Shown piece by piece: positions 63,354 through 64,000 of a stretch of 64,000 bases of DNA. A program made the translations under genes and the position numbers. The notes under the pieces were generated by a model. The model did no database searches and was not told the origin of the DNA. It worked only from the letters and a program-made list of their open reading frames with translations. This stretch comes from Alphaproteobacteria bacterium (GTDB lineage Bacteria > Pseudomonadota > Alphaproteobacteria > Bin95), in contig JACKII010000003.1 in the NCBI GenBank assembly GCA_020638555.1, positions 112,610-176,609 on the forward strand. The letters are read 5' to 3'. The first letter of the stretch is position 1; each line of letters begins with the position of its first letter.

Positions 63354-63618
63354 GGATGTCGATCTCGACATGCTCGATGCCACCACGGACGGCGATGTCG
63401 CTCGCCAGATTGCGGAAGACCAGGACACGGCGCCGGACATGGCGGACTGGGACCGGACGCCTGCGCGGGTCGTCCGAGTCCGAACGGCAGTCAAACCGAA
63501 GCCGGAACGGACGAAGCCGAGCAACACCGGCGCCAGCCGATCCGCCAATTTCGGCCGCCGGGGCACGAACGCCCCTGCCGGCCGGCGGCAGACTCCACCG
63601 AAGAGCAGTAGCGCCTGA
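63328..63618 (+). CDS. BrnA-like antitoxin (DUF4415-like N-terminal region; C-terminal RHH region not recognisable)
   Basis: ATG 63328 overlapping brnT 3' end by 26 nt; MLDATTDGDVARQIAEDQDTAPDMADWDRT matches DUF4415 pattern; remainder Lys/Arg/Pro-rich. Confidence 0.5.
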   Translation: MSGKRRATEDVDLDMLDATTDGDVARQIAEDQDTAPDMADWDRTPARVVRVRTAVKPKPERTKPSNTGASRSANFGRRGTNAPAGRRQTPPKSSSA

Positions 63619-63622
63619 CCCC

Positions 63623-64000
63623 ATGTCCGACGTCGGCTTTCGCAAATGGCTTGGCCTCACCTACGAGGTCATGGCGGACGACCATGCGGTCGTCTCGCTG
63701 GAACTGGACGAGGACAAGCGCAATGTCCGCGATGTCGCCCATGGCGGCATCGTGGCCTCGCTGGTCGACGTCGCCATGGGCACGGCGGCGGCGGGCGGCA
63801 ATTACGCCACGCGCCAGCGCTATGTCGTCACCCTGGAATTGAAGGTGAATTATCTGGCGCCGGCGCGCGGCACCAAGCTGACCGCCACCGCGCGGGTGAT
63901 CCGCGGCGGCGCCCGCACCTTCGTGGTCGAATGCCGGGTCGTCACCGACCTGGGCGAGGAGTGCGCCATGGCGCTCGGCACCTTCATCACCCGCCGCCGC
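63623..64000 (+). CDS. PaaI/hotdog-fold thioesterase, 3' end outside window
   Basis: ATG about 63623; MSDVGFRKWLGLTYEVMADDHAVVSLELDEDKRNVRDVAHGGIVASLVDVAMG... (HGG motif of PaaI family); open to window edge. Confidence 0.7.
   Translation, partial: MSDVGFRKWLGLTYEVMADDHAVVSLELDEDKRNVRDVAHGGIVASLVDVAMGTAAAGGNYATRQRYVVTLELKVNYLAPARGTKLTATARVIRGGARTFVVECRVVTDLGEECAMALGTFITRRR

Overview
This is a 64-kb, very GC-rich bacterial chromosomal segment; G+C was judged by eye and not computed. Two conserved gene orders (rplU-rpmA-obg-proB-proA-nadD-rsfS-rlmH-envC-ctpA-rppH, and pal-cpoB-tilS-ftsH-folP-glmM-thiD), together with purD/xseA, an mlaEFD-lipoprotein set and typA, suggest an alphaproteobacterium. 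That placement is inferred from gene order only.

The housekeeping backbone is interrupted by several accessory features:
1. At least three families of intergenic palindromic or MITE-like repeats.
2. A glycoconjugate locus of about 16 kb (8379-24845). On one side are an 874-aa ABC exporter with a catalytically degenerate, internally repeated ATP-binding domain, a stand-alone cNMP-binding protein and a methyltransferase. Divergent from these is a translationally coupled 11-gene operon: four GT-B glycosyltransferases, a histidine phosphatase, a CE4-like deacetylase, a small membrane protein and a YejF-A-B-E type ABC importer. This is the strongest candidate for an undescribed system.
3. A convergent tRNA-Leu(CAG)/tRNA-Ser(CGA) pair bracketing IS6 and ISAs1 transposase remnants.
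4. A cyclooxygenase-like heme dioxygenase flanked by two family III CoA-transferases.
5. A mosaic islet of mixed composition carrying an IS630 element (A7 slippery site, -1 frameshift), two hypothetical membrane proteins and a His-rich small protein.
6. A BrnT/BrnA-like toxin-antitoxin pair.

No rRNA genes or CRISPR arrays were seen. Coordinates follow the supplied ORF track; starts were refined by reading the sequence, and positions I counted by hand may be off by a few bases. All homology calls are from memory of protein families, not from database searches.
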